Origin: the human T2T-CHM13v2.0 reference genome, Homo sapiens
Length of the DNA stretch: 64,000 nucleotides
Direction: 5' to 3' (one strand)
Assembly: GCF_009914755.1 (NCBI RefSeq)
Contig: NC_060948.1
Shown: positions 20,229 to 39,592 of the stretch, one piece after another
Position numbering within the stretch: the first letter of the stretch is position 1
How the letters are laid out: each line of letters begins with the position of its first letter
Translations under genes and position numbers: made by a program
The notes under the pieces: generated by a model
What the model was told of the DNA's origin: nothing
Seen by the model: only the letters and a program-made list of their open reading frames with translations
The model's database searches: none

Positions 20229-22333
20229 AGATCCATATTTTTTAAATGAAAAAAAATTTCAAAGGTACTCTGCTTGGTACAATAATCAAATGTATAAACT
20301 GAGGAATAAAACATAACCATGAAACCTACTTATAACTGCATATGGAAAATACAGAGGATAATTTTTTAAATAACATATTTTGAAAGCCTTAACTAGTAAT
20401 TTGAAGAGTTGGCATTTGAAAGGCCAGTATGAATATACCTTCAAAGCAGCAACACAGGTTCCCCATGAGAAAAAGCAAACACAGGGAAAATAAAAACACA
20501 AAGGTTCAATCTCTTCTGACCTTTGAAAGACACAGCACAGACAGTGGTCCTTAGGACGAAGAGCAGGAGACCCCTAATTCCGTCACCATGGCGATAGGGC
20601 ATAAACATTGCTGGGTGAGGGCACAATCCACATTGTGAGGTCCAACTGCTGCCAGGAAGACAGGAGTGCTTTTACATAGACCGAAAGGTCATTGAAGGCT
20701 CAGAGTTTTGTTTCAAGAACTGAATCCCAAGCCCACACGTTATTAGGCTGCACTTCTTAAAACAAGTTATGAGATGGGAAAAAGGGCACCCACAAACATA
20801 CGTATACATTATGTATATAATAATATACAGTATCATATATATAATATATATAACCTATGTATAATATTGTTTTACATCCTGCATCTTATGTTATATATAT
20901 TGTATAAAATATAATAATTGATAATATATAAGTTTTATATTTATACAATATGACATATAGTATATATTATAATTTATGACATATATAATATATGTTATAT
21001 ATCATATATAGAGTATATTATACGGTTAATATACGTATTAAATATAAATTATACATTATATATATTATATATAATATATCTGTTATATATAATACCCATT
21101 ATGCATAATATATATATTATGTCTATGTTATATATAGTATAAAACAACATATAATAATATATAATTGTATATATAAAATGCGACATATAATATATATTAT
21201 ATTTTATAACATATGTAATATATATTATATATTATATATAATACGTTGTATGTATAATACCTATATTAAATATATATTATATGACTATGTTATTAATTAC
21301 ATGTCACATGTGTTATATATTATATATTTTACATAGAATATACCGGTTACATACAATATATACTATGTTACCTATAATGTATAATTGATTACATGTAAAA
21401 TAAAGAATGCAATATATTATGTATAATTTATAATATACAATATGTGGAATATGACATATGTAACATATAATATATGATATATGATATACAGTATATGATA
21501 TATAACATACAATATATGATTCCTAATATATATGGTATACAATATATATTTTATGATATGTATTCTATATGTTTTATATTCTGTTATATATAACTATTTG
21601 AAATTATATATAACTGTATAATATTTTATGTAAATATGTAATATAATATATATAACTATATAATATATTATATATAACTATATATTATGTTATATATACT
21701 TTTATAACATAATTTACATAAAATATCATAATATAATATATATTATATTATTTCATATTACATAATATATATTACATATCACCCAATATAACTAACATAC
21801 ATAATATTATAATATAGATTATATTATGTTATATTAAATATCATATATATCATGTATCATATATTCTATAATATATATTACACATTATATAATATGTATG
21901 TTGTCTATTATGTGATATATATAACTATATATATAATTATATTTTTATACATATAACTAGATAAACATGTAATTCTACATATTTTCATTTGTAATATGTA
22001 GAATTATATAATCATATATAATTATTTATATTCTATAAAAAATTTTATCATTATATAAATTATAATATATAAAAATTATAATATGTACTACAAATATATA
22101 TATTATATATCATATATGATATAGTACCTTTGTTATATATCATAATACATATAAATGTGTATTATGTTATCTATAATTATATAATTTCATATATAAGATG
22201 TATAATATGTATCATATATTATATATGTTATGTAATATATATAGTATATATAAGATGACACAGGATAAATATTATATACTATGACATATAAAATATATGA
22301 GGTTATATGTTACATATAAGGCATAGCACATAA

Positions 22334-22648
<315 letters not shown>

Positions 22649-24758
22649 AGATCCATATTTTTTAAATGAAAAAAAATTTCAAAGGTACTCTGCTTGGTAC
22701 AATAATCAAATGTATAAACTGAGGAATAAAACATAACCATGAAACCTACTTATAACTGCATATGGAAAATACAGAGGATAATTTTTTAAATAACATATTT
22801 TGAAAGCCTTAACTAGTAATTTGAAGAGTTGGCATTTGAAAGGCCAGTATGAATATACCTTCAAAGCAGCAACACAGGTTCCCCATGAGAAAAAGCAAAC
22901 ACAGGGAAAATAAAAACACAAAGGTTCAATCTCTTCTGACCTTTGAAAGACACAGCACAGACAGTGGTCCTTAGGACGAAGAGCAGGAGACCCCTAATTC
23001 CGTCACCATGGCGATAGGGCATAAACATTGTTGGGTGAGGGCACAATCCACATTGTGAGGTCCAACTGCTGCCAGGAAGACAGGAGTGCTTTTACATAGA
23101 CCGAAAGGTCATTGAAGGCTCAGAGTTTTGTTTCAAGAACTGAATCCCAAGCCCACACGTTATTAGGCTGCGCTTCTTAAAACAAGTTATGAGATGGGAA
23201 AAAGGGCACCCACAAACATACGTATACATTATGTATATAATAATATACAGTATCATATATATAATATATATAACCTAACCTATGTATAATATTGTTTTAC
23301 ATCCTGCATCTTATGTTATATATATTGTATAAAATATAATAATTGATAATATATAAGTTTTATAATTATACAATATGACATATAGTATATATTATAATTT
23401 ATGACATATATAATATATGTTATATATCATATATAGAATATATTATACGGTTAATATACGTATTAAATATAAATTATACATTATATATATTATATATAAT
23501 ATATCTGTTATATATAATACCCATTATGCATAATATATATATTATGTCTATGTTATATATAGTATAAAACAACATATAATAATATATAATTGTATATATA
23601 AAATGCGACATATAATATATATTATATTTTATAACATATGTAATATATATTATATATTATATATAACACGTTGTATGTATAATACCTATATTAAATATAT
23701 ATTATATGACTATGTTATTAATTACATGTCACATGTGTTATATATTATATATTTTACATAGAATATACCGGTTACATACAATATATACTATGTTACCTAT
23801 AATGTATAATTTATTACATGTAAAGTAAAGAATGCAATATATTATGAATAATTTATAATATACCATATGTGGAATGTGATATATGTAACATATAATATAT
23901 GATATATGATATACAGTATATGATATATAACATACAATATATGATTCCTAATATATATGGTATACAATATCTATTTTATGATATGTATTCTATATGTTTT
24001 ATATTCTGTTATATATAACTATTTGAAATTATATATAACTGTATAATATTTTATGTAAATATGTAATATAATATATATAACTATATAATATATTATATAT
24101 AACTATATATTATGTTATATATACTTTTATAACATAATTTACATAAAATATCATAATATAATATATATTATACTATTTCATATTACATAATATATATTAC
24201 ATATCGCCCAATATAACTAACATACATAATATTATAATATAGATTATATTATGTTATATTAAATATCTTATATATCATGTATCATATATTCTATAATATA
24301 TATTACACATTATATAATATGTATGTTGTCTATTATGTGATATATATAACTATATATATAATTATATTTTTATACATATAACTAGATAAACATGTAATTC
24401 TACATATTTTCATTTATAATATGTAGAATTATATAATCATATATAATTATTTATATTCTATAAAAAATTTTATCATTATATATATTATAATATATAAAAA
24501 TTATAATATGTACTACAAATATATATATTATATATCATATATGATATAGTACCTTTGTTATATATCATAATACATATAAATGTGTATTATGTTATCTATA
24601 ATTATATAATTTCATATATAAGATGTATAATATGTATCATATATTATATATGTTATGTAATATATATAGTATATATAAGATGACACAGGATAAATATTAT
24701 ATACTATGACATATAAAATATATGAGGTTATATGTTACATATAAGGCATAGCACATAA

Positions 24759-25073
<315 letters not shown>

Positions 25074-27183
25074 AGATCCATATTTTTTAAATGAAAAAAA
25101 ATTTCAAAGGTACTCTGCTTGGTACAATAATCAAATGTATAAACTGAGGAATAAAACATAACCATGAAACCTACTTATAACTGCATATGGAAAATACAGA
25201 GGATAATTTTTTAAATAACATATTTTGAAAGCCTTAACTAGTAATTTGAAGAGTTGGCATTTGAAAGGCCAGTATGAATATACCTTCAAAGCAGCAACAC
25301 AGGTTCCCCATGAGAAAAAGCAAACACAGGGAAAATAAAAACACAAAGGTTCAATCTCTTCTGACCTTTGAAAGACACAGCACAGACAGTGGTCCTTAGG
25401 ACGAAGAGCAGGAGACCCCTAATTCCGTCACCATGGCGATAGGGCATAAACATTGTTGGGTGAGGGCACAATCCACATTGTGAGGTCCAACTGCTGCCAG
25501 GAAGACAGGAGTGCTTTTACATAGACCGAAAGGTCATTGAAGGCTCAGAGTTTTGTTTCAAGAACTGAATCCCAAGCCCACACGTTATTAGGCTGCGCTT
25601 CTTAAAACAAGTTATGAGATGGGAAAAAGGGCACCCACAAACATACGTATACATTATGTATATAATAATATACAGTATCATATATATAATATATATAACC
25701 TAACCTATGTATAATATTGTTTTACATCCTGCATCTTATGTTATATATATTGTATAAAATATAATAATTGATAATATATAAGTTTTATAATTATACAATA
25801 TGACATATAGTATATATTATAATTTATGACATATATAATATATGTTATATATCATATATAGAATATATTATACGGTTAATATACGTATTAAATATAAATT
25901 ATACATTATATATATTATATATAATATATCTGTTATATATAATACCCATTATGCATAATATATATATTATGTCTATGTTATATATAGTATAAAACAACAT
26001 ATAATAATATATAATTGTATATATAAAATGCGACATATAATATATATTATATTTTATAACATATGTAATATATATTATATATTATATATAACACGTTGTA
26101 TGTATAATACCTATATTAAGTATATATTATATGACTATGTTATTAATTACATGTCACATGTGTTATATATTATATATTTTACATAGAATATACCGGTTAC
26201 ATACAATATATACTATGTTACCTATAATGTATAATTTATTACATGTAAAGTAAAGAATGCAATATATTATGAATAATTTATAATATACCATATGTGGAAT
26301 GTGATATATGTAACATATAATATATGATATATGATATACAGTATATGATATATAACATACAATATATGATTCCTAATATATATGGTATACAATATCTATT
26401 TTATGATATGTATTCTATATGTTTTATATTCTGTTATATATAACTATTTGAAATTATATATAACTGTATAATATTTTATGTAAATATGTAATATAATATA
26501 TATAACTATATAATATATTATATATAACTATATATTATGTTATATATACTTTTATAACATAATTTACATAAAATATCATAATATAATATATATTATACTA
26601 TTTCATATTACATAATATATATTACATATCGCCCAATATAACTAACATACATAATATTATAATATAGATTATATTATGTTATATTAAATATCTTATATAT
26701 CATGTATCATATATTCTATAATATATATTACACATTATATAATATGTATGTTGTCTATTATGTGATATATATAACTATATATATAATTATATTTTTATAC
26801 ATATAACTAGATAAACATGTAATTCTACATATTTTCATTTATAATATGTAGAATTATATAATCATATATAATTATTTATATTCTATAAAAAATTTTATCA
26901 TTATATAAATTATAATATATAAAAATTATAATATGTACTACAAATATATATATTATATATCATATATGATATAGTACCTTTGTTATATATCATAATACAT
27001 ATAAATGTGTATTATGTTATCTATAATTATATAATTTCATATATAAGATGTATAATATGTATCATATATTATATATGTTATGTAATATATATAGTATATA
27101 TAAGATGACACAGGATAAATATTATATACTATGACATATAAAATATATGAGGTTATATGTTACATATAAGGCATAGCACATAA

Positions 27184-27498
<315 letters not shown>

Positions 27499-29601
27499 AG
27501 ATCCATATTTTTTAAATGAAAAAAAATTTCAAAGGTACTCTGCTTGGTACAATAATCAAATGTATAAACTGAGGAATAAAACATAACCATGAAACCTACT
27601 TATAACTGCATATGGAAAATACAGAGGATAATTTTTTAAATAACATATTTTGAAAGCCTTAACTAGTAATTTGAAGAGTTGGCATTTGAAAGGCCAGTAT
27701 GAATATACCTTCAAAGCAGCAACACAGGTTCCCCATGAGAAAAAGCAAACACAGGGAAAATAAAAACACAAAGGTTCAATCTCTTCTGACCTTTGAAAGA
27801 CACAGCACAGACAGTGGTCCTTAGGACGAAGAGCAGGAGACCCCTAATTCCGTCACCATGGCGATAGGGCATAAACATAGCTGGGTGAGGGCACAATCCA
27901 CATTGTGAGGTCCAACTGCTGCCAGGAAGACAGGAGTGCTTTTACATAGACCGAAAGGTCATTGAAGGCTCAGAGTTTTGTTTCAAGAACTGAATCCCAA
28001 GCCCACACGTTATTAGGCTGCGCTTCTTAAAACAAGTTATGAGATGGGAAAAAGGGCACCCACAAACATACGTATACATTATGTATATAATAATATACAG
28101 TATCATATATATAATATATATAACCTATGTATAATATTGTTTTACATCCTGCATCTTATGTTATATATATTGTATAAAATATAATAATTGATAATGTATA
28201 AGTTTTATAATGATACAATATGACATATAGTATATATTATAATTTATGACATATATAATATATGTTATATATCATATATAGAATATATTATACGGTTAAT
28301 ATACGTATTAAATATAAATTATACATTATATATATTATATATAATATATCTGTTATATATAATACACATTATGCATATTATATACATTATGTCTACGTTA
28401 TATATAGTATAAAACAACATATAATAATATATAATTGTATATATAAAATGCGACATATAATATATATTATATTTTATAACATATGTAATACATATTATAT
28501 ATTATATATAATACGTTGTATGTATAATACCTATATTAAATATATATTATATGACTATGTTATTAATTACATGTCACATGTGTTATATATTATATATTTC
28601 ACATAGAATATACCGGTTACATACAATATATACTATGTTACCTATAATGTATAATTTATTACATGTAAAATAAAGAATGCAATATATTATGTATAATTTA
28701 TAATATACAATATGTGGAATGTGATATATGTAACATATAATATATGATATATGATATACAGTATATGATATATAACATACAATATATGATTCCTAATATA
28801 TATGGTATACAATATATATTTTATGATATGTATTCTATATGTTTTATATTCTGTTATATATAACTATTTGAAATTATATATAACTGTATAATATTTTATG
28901 TAAATATGTAATATAATATATATAACTATAAAATATATTATATATAACTATATATTATGTTATATATACTTTTATAACATAATTTACATAAAATATCATA
29001 ATATAATATATATTATATTATTTCATATTACATAATATATATTACATATCACCCAATATAACTAACATACATAATATTATAATATAGATTATATTATGTT
29101 ATATTAAATATCATATATATCATGTATCATATATTCTATAATATATATTACACATTATATAATATGTATGTTGTCTATTATGCGATATATATAACTATAT
29201 ATAATTATATTTTTATACATATAACTAGATAAACATGTAATTCTACATATTTTCATTTATAATATGTAGAATTATATAATCATATATAAATATTTATATT
29301 CTATAAAAAATTTTATCATTATATAAATTATAATATATAAAAATTATAATATGTACTACAAATATATATATTATATATCATATATGCTATAGTACCTTTG
29401 TTATATATCATAATACATATAAATGTGTATTATGTTATCTATAATTATATAATTTCATATATAAGTTGTATAATATGTATCATATATTATATATGTTATG
29501 TAATATATATAGTATATATAAGATGACACAGGATAAATATTATATACTATGACATATAAAATATATGAGGTTATATGTTACATATAAGGCATAGCACATA
29601 A

Positions 29602-29916
<315 letters not shown>

Positions 29917-32021
29917 AGATCCATATTTTTTAAATGAAAAAAAATTTCAAAGGTACTCTGCTTGGTACAATAATCAAATGTATAAACTGAGGAATAAAAC
30001 ATAACCATGAAACCTACTTATAACTGCATATGGAAAATACAGAGGATAATTTTTTAAATAACATATTTTGAAAGCCTTAACTAGTAATTTGAAGAGTTGG
30101 CATTTGAAAGGCCAGTATGAATATACCTTCAAAGCAGCAACACAGGTTCCCCATGAGAAAAAGCAAACACAGGGAAAATAAAAACACAAAGGTTCAATCT
30201 CTTCTGACCTTTGAAAGACACAGCACAGACAGTGGTTCTTAGGACGAAGAGCAGGAGACCCCTAATTCCGTCACCATGGCGATAGGGCATAAACATTGCT
30301 GGGTGAGGGCACAATCCACATTGTGAGGTCCAACTGCTGCCAGGAAGACAGGAGTGCTTTTACATAGACCGAAAGGTCATTGAAGGCTCAGAGTTTTGTT
30401 TCAAGAACTGAATCCCAAGCCCACACGTTATTAGGCTGCGCTTCTTAAAACAAGTTATGAGATGGGAAAAAGGGCACCCACAAACATACGTATACATTAT
30501 GTATATAATAATATACAGTGTCATATATATAATATATATAACCTATGTATAATATTGTTTTACATCCTGCATCTTATGTTATATATATTGTATAAAATAT
30601 AATAATTGATAATATATAAGTTTTATAATTATACAATATGACATATAGTATATATTATAATTTATGACATATATAATATATGTTATATATCATATATAGA
30701 ATATATTATACGGTTAATATACGTATTAAATATAAATTATACATTATATATATTATATATAATATATCTGTTATATATAATACCCATTATGCATAATATA
30801 TATATTATGTCTAACTTATATATAGTATAAAACAACATATAATAATATATAATTGTATATAGAAAACGCGACATATAATATATATTATATTTTATGACAT
30901 ATGTAATATATACTATATATTATATAAAATACGTTGTATGTATAATACCTATATTAAATATATATTATATGACTATGTTATTAATTACATGTCACATATG
31001 TTATATATGGTATATTTTACATAGAATATACCGGTTACATACAATATATACTATGTTACCTATAATGTATAATTGATTACATGTAAAATAAAGAATGCAA
31101 TATATTATGTATAATTTCTAATATACAATATGTGGAATGTGATATATATAACATATAATATATGATATATGATATACAGTATATGATAATTAACATACAA
31201 TATATGATACCTAATATATCTGATATACAATATATATTTTATGATATGTATTCTGTATGTTTTATATTCTGTTATATATAACTATTTGAAATTATATATA
31301 ACTGTATAATATTTTATGTAAATATGTGATATAATATATATAACTATATAATATATTATATATAACTATATATTATGTTATATATACTTTTATAACATAA
31401 TTTACATAAAATATCATAATATAATATATATTATATTATTTCACATTACATAATATATATTACATATCACCCAATATAAGTAACATACATAATATTATAA
31501 TATAGATTATATTATGTTATATTAAATATCATATATATCATGTATCATATATCCTATAATATATATTACACATTATATAATATGTATGTTGTCTATTATG
31601 TGATATATATAACTATATATATAATTATATTATTATACATATAACTAGATAAACATGTAATTCTACATAATTTCATTTAAAATATATAGAATTATATAAT
31701 CATATATAATTATTTATATTCTATAAAAAATTATATCATTATATAAATTATAATATAAAAAAATTATAATATGTACTACAAATATATATATTATATATCA
31801 TATATGATATAGTACCTTTGTTATATATCATAATACATATAAATGTGTATTATGTTATCTATAATTATATAATTTCATATATAAGATGTATAATATGTAT
31901 TATATATTGTCTATGTTATGTAATATATATAGTATATATAAGCTGACACAGGATAAATATTATATACTATGACATATAAAATATATGAGTTTATATGTTA
32001 CATATAAGGCATAGCACATAA

Positions 32022-32336
<315 letters not shown>

Positions 32337-34464
32337 AGATCCATATTTTTTAAATGAAAAAAAATTTCAAAGGTACTCTGCTTAGTACAATAATCAAATG
32401 TATAAACTGAGGAACAAAACATAACAATGAAACCTACTTATAACTGCATATGGAAAATACAGAGGATAACTTTTTAAATAACATATTTTGAAAGGCTTAA
32501 CTAGTAATTTGAAGAGTTGGCATTTGAAAGGCCAGTATGAATATACCTTCAAAGCAGCAACACAGGTTCCCCATGAGAAAAAGCAAACTCAGGGAAAATA
32601 AAACCACAAAGGTTCAATCTCTTCTGACCTTTGAAAGACACAGCACAGACAGTGGTCCTTAGGACGAAGAGCAGGAGACCCCTAATTCCGTCACCATGGC
32701 GATAGGGCATAAACATTGCTGGGTGAGGGCACAATCCACATTGTGAGGTCCAACTGCTGCCAGGAAGACAGGAGTGCTTTTACATAGACCGAAAGGTCAT
32801 TGAAGGCTCAGAGTTTTGTTTCAAGAACTGAATCCCAAGCCCACACGTTATTAGGCTGCGCTTCTTAAAACAAGTTATGAGATGGGAAAAAGGGCACCCA
32901 CAAACATACGTATACATTATGTATATAATAATATACAGTGTCATATATATAATATATATAACCTATGTATAATATTGTTTTACATCCTGCATCTTATGTT
33001 ATATATATTGTATAAAATATAATAATTGATAATATATAAGTTTTATAATTATACAATATGACATATAGTATATATTATAATTTATGACATATATAATATA
33101 TGTTATATATCATATATAGAATATATTATACGGTTAATATACGTATTAAATATAAATTATACATTATATATATTATATATAATATATCTGTTATATATAA
33201 TACCCATTATGCATAATATATATATTATGTCTATGTTATATATAGTATAAAACAACATATAATAATATATAATTGTATATAGAAAACGCGACATATAATA
33301 TATATTATATTTTATGACATATGTAATATATATTATATATTATATATAATACGTTGTATGTATAATACCTATATTAAATATATATTATATGACTATGTTA
33401 TTAATTACATGTCACATATGTTATATATTTTATATTTTACATAGAATATACCGGTTACATACAATATACACTATGTTACCTATAATGTATAATTGATTAC
33501 ATGTAAAATAAAGAATGCAATATATTATGTATAATTCATAGTATACAATATGTGGAATGAGATATATATAACATATAATATATGATATATGATATACAGT
33601 ATATGATATATAACATACAATATATGATATCTAATATATATGGTATACAATATATATTTTATGTTATGTATTCTATATGTTTTATATTCTGTTATATATA
33701 ACTATTTGAAATTATATATAACTGTATAATATTTTATGTAAATATGTAATATAATATATATAACTATAAAATATATTATATATAACTATATATTATGTTA
33801 TATATACTTTTATAACATAATTTACATAAAATATCATAATATAATATATATTATATTATTTCACATTACATAATATATATTACATATCACCCAATATAAG
33901 TAACATACATAATATTATAATACAGATTATATTATGTTATATTAAATATCATATATATCATGTATCATATATTCTATAATATATATTATACATTATATAA
34001 TATGTATGTTGTCCATTATGTGATATATATAACTATATATATAATTATATTATTATACATATAACTAGATAAACATGTAATTCTACATATTTTCATTTAT
34101 AATATATGGAATTATATAATCACATATAATTATTTCTATTCTATAAAAAATTATATCATTATATAAATTATAATATATAAAAATTATAAGATGTACTACA
34201 AATATATATATTATATATCATATATGATATAGTACCTTTGTTATATATCATAATACATATAAATGTGTATTATGTTATCTATAATTTTATAATTTCATAT
34301 ATAAGATGTATAATATGTATTATATATTGTATATGTTATGTAATATATATAGTATATATAAGCTGACACAGGATAAATATTATATACTATGACATATAAA
34401 ATATATGAGGTTATATGTTACATATAAGGCATAGCACATAACATGTAATATATATCATATATAA

Positions 34465-34756
<292 letters not shown>

Positions 34757-36882
34757 AGATCCATATTTTTTAAATGAAAAAAAATTTCAAAGGTACTCTG
34801 CTTAGTACAATAATCAAATGTATAAACTGAGGAACAAAACATAACCATGAAACCTACTTATAACTGCATATGGAAAATACAGAGGATAACTTTTTAAATA
34901 ACATATTTTGAAAGGCTTAACTAGTAATTTGAAGAGTTGGCATTTGAAAGGCCAGTATGAATATACCTTCAAAGCAGCAACACAGGTTCCCCATGAGAAA
35001 AAGCAAACTCAGGGAAAATAAAACCACAAAGGTTCAATCTCTTCTGACCTTTGAAAGACACAGCACAGACAGTGGTCCTTAGGACGAAGAGCAGGAGACC
35101 CCTAATTCCGTCACCATGGCGATAGGGCATAAACATTGCTGGGTGAGGGCACAATCCACATTGTGAGGTCCAACTGCTGCCAGGAAGACAGGAGTGCTTT
35201 TACATAGACCGAAAGGTCATTGAAGGCTCAGAGTTTTGTTTCAAGAACTGAATCCCAAACCCACACGTTATTAGGCTGCGCTTCTTAAAACAAGTTATGA
35301 GATGGGAAAAAGGGCACCCACAAACATACGTATACATTATGTATATAATAATATACAGTATCATATATATAATATATATAACCTATGTATAATATTGTTT
35401 TACATCCTGCATCTTATATTATATATATTGTATAAAATATAATAATTGATAATATATAAGTTTTATATTTATACAATAAGACATATAGTATATATTATAA
35501 TTTATGACATATATAATATATGTTATATATCATATATAGAATATATTATACGGTTAATATACGTATTAAATATAAATTATACATTATATATATTATATAT
35601 AATATATCTGTTATATATAATACCCATTATGCACAATATATATATTATGTCTATGTTATATATAGTATAAAACAACATATAATAATATATAATTGTATAT
35701 AGAAAACGCGACATATAATATATATTATATTTTATGACATATGTAATATACATTATATATTATATAAAATACGTTGTATGTATAATACCTATATTAAATA
35801 TATATTATATGACTATGTTATTAATTACATGTCACATATGTTATATATTATATATTTTACATAGAATATACCGGTTACATACAATATATACTATGTTACC
35901 TATAATGTATAATTGATTACATGTAAAATAAAGAATGCAATATATTATGTATAATTTATAATATACAATATGTGGAATGTGATATATATAACATATAATA
36001 TATGATATATGATATACAGTATATGATAATTAACATACAATATATGATACGTAATATATATGGTATACAATATATATTTTATGATATGTAATCTATATGT
36101 TTTATATTCTGTTATATATAACTGTTTGAAATTATATATAACTGTATAATATTTTATGTAAATATGTAATATAATATATATAACTATATAATATATTATA
36201 TATAACTATATATTATGTTATATATACTTTTATAACATAATTTACATAAAATATCATAATATAATATATATTATATTATTTCACATTACATAATATATAT
36301 TACATATCACCCAATATAAGTAACATACATAATATTATAATATAGATTATATTATGTTATATTAAATATCATATATATCATGTATCATATATCCTATAAT
36401 ATATATTACACATTATATAATATGTATGTTGTCTATTATGTGATATATATAACTATATATATAATTATATTATTATACATATAACTAGGTAAACATGTAA
36501 TTGTACATAATTTCATTTATAATATATAGAATTATATAATCATATATAATTATTTATATTCTATAAAAAATTATATCATTATATAAATTATAATATATAA
36601 AAATTATAATATGTACTACAAATATATATATTATATATCATATATGATATAGTACCTTTGTTATATATCATAATACATATAAATGTGTACTATGTTATCT
36701 ATAATTATATAATTTCATATAAGATGTATAATATGTATTATATATTATATATGTTATGTAATATATATAGTATATATAAGATGACACAGGATAAATATTA
36801 TATACTATGACATATAAAATATATGAGGTTATATGTTACATATAAGGCATAGCACATAACATGTAATATATATCATATATAA

Positions 36883-37174
<292 letters not shown>

Positions 37175-39276
37175 AGATCCATATTTTTTAAATGAAAAAA
37201 AATTTCAAAGGTACTCTGCTTGGTACAATAATCAAATGTATAAACTGAGGAATAAAACATAACCATGAAACCTACTTATAACTGCATATGGAAAATACAG
37301 AGGATAATTTTTTAAATCACATATTTTGAAAGGCTTAACTAGTAATTTGAAGAGTTGGCATTTGAAAGGCCAGTATGAATATACCTTCAAAGCAGCAACA
37401 CAGGTTCCCCATGAGAAAAAGCAAACTCAGGGAAAATAAAACCACAAAGGTTCAATCTCTTCTGACCTTTGAAAGACACAGCACAGACAGTGGTCCTTAG
37501 GACGAAGAGCAGGAGACCCCTAATTCCGTCACCATGGCGATAGGGCATAAACATTGCTGGGTGAGGGCACAATCCACATTGTGAGGTCCAACTGCTGCCA
37601 GGAAGACAGGAGTGCTTTTACATAGACCGAAACGTCATTGAAGGCTCAGAGTTTTGTTTCAAGAACTGAATCCCAAGCCCACACGTTATTAGGCTGCGCT
37701 TCTTAAAACAAGTTATGAGATGGGAAAAAGGGCACCCACAAACATACGTAAATATTATGTATATAATCATATACAGTATCATATATATAATATATATAAC
37801 CTATGTATAATATTGTTTTACATCCTGCATCTTATATTATACATATTGTATAAAATATAATAATTGATAATATATAAGTTTTATATTTATACAATATGAC
37901 ATATAGTATATATTATAATTTATGACATATATAATATATGTTATATATCATATATAGAATATATTATACGGTTAATATACGTATTAAATATAAATTATAC
38001 ATTATATATATTATATATAATATATCTGTTATATATAATACCCATTATGCATAATATATATATTATGTCTATGTTATATATAGTATAAAACAACATTTAA
38101 TAATATATAATTGTATATATAAAATTCGACATGTAATATATATTATATTTTATGACATATGTAATATATATTATATATTATATATAATACGTTGTATGTA
38201 TAATACCTATATTAAATATATATTATATGACTATGTTATTAATTACATGTCACATGTCTTATATATTATATATTTTGCATAGAATATACCGGTTACATAC
38301 AATATATACTATGTTACCTATTATGTATAATTTATTACATGTAAAATAAAGAAGGCAATATATTATGTATAGTTTATAATATACAATATGTGGAATGTGA
38401 TATATATAACATATAATATATGATATATGATATACACTATATGATATATAACATACAATATATGATACCTAATATATATGGTATACAATATATATTTTAT
38501 GATATGTATTCTCTATGTTTTATATTCTGTTATATATAACTATTTGAAATAATATATAACTGTATAATATTTTATGTAAATATGTAATATAATATATATA
38601 ACTATATAATATATTATATATAACTATATATTATGTTATATATACTTTTATAACATAATTTACATAAAATATCATAATATAATATATATTATATTATTTC
38701 ATATTACATAATATATATTACATATCACCCAATATAAGTAACATACATAATATTATAATATAGATTATATTATGTTATATTAATCATATATATGATGTAT
38801 CATATATTCCATAATATATTTTATACATTATATAATATGTATGTTGTCTATTATGTGATATATATAACTATATATATAATTATATTATTATACATATAAC
38901 TAGATAAACATGTAATTCTACATATTTTCATTTATAATATATAGAATTATATAATCATATATAATTATTTATATTCTATAAAAAATTATATCATTATATA
39001 AATTATAATATATAAAAATTATAATATATACTACAAATATATATATTATATATCATATATGATATAGTACCTTTGTTATATATCATAATACATATAAATG
39101 TGTATTATGTTATATATAATTATATAATTTCATATATAATATGTATAATATGTATTATATATTATATATGATATGTAATATATATAGTATATATAAGATG
39201 ACACAGGATAAATATTATATACTATGACATATAAAATATATGAGGTTATATGTTACATATAAGGCATAGCACATAA

Positions 39277-39592
<316 letters not shown>

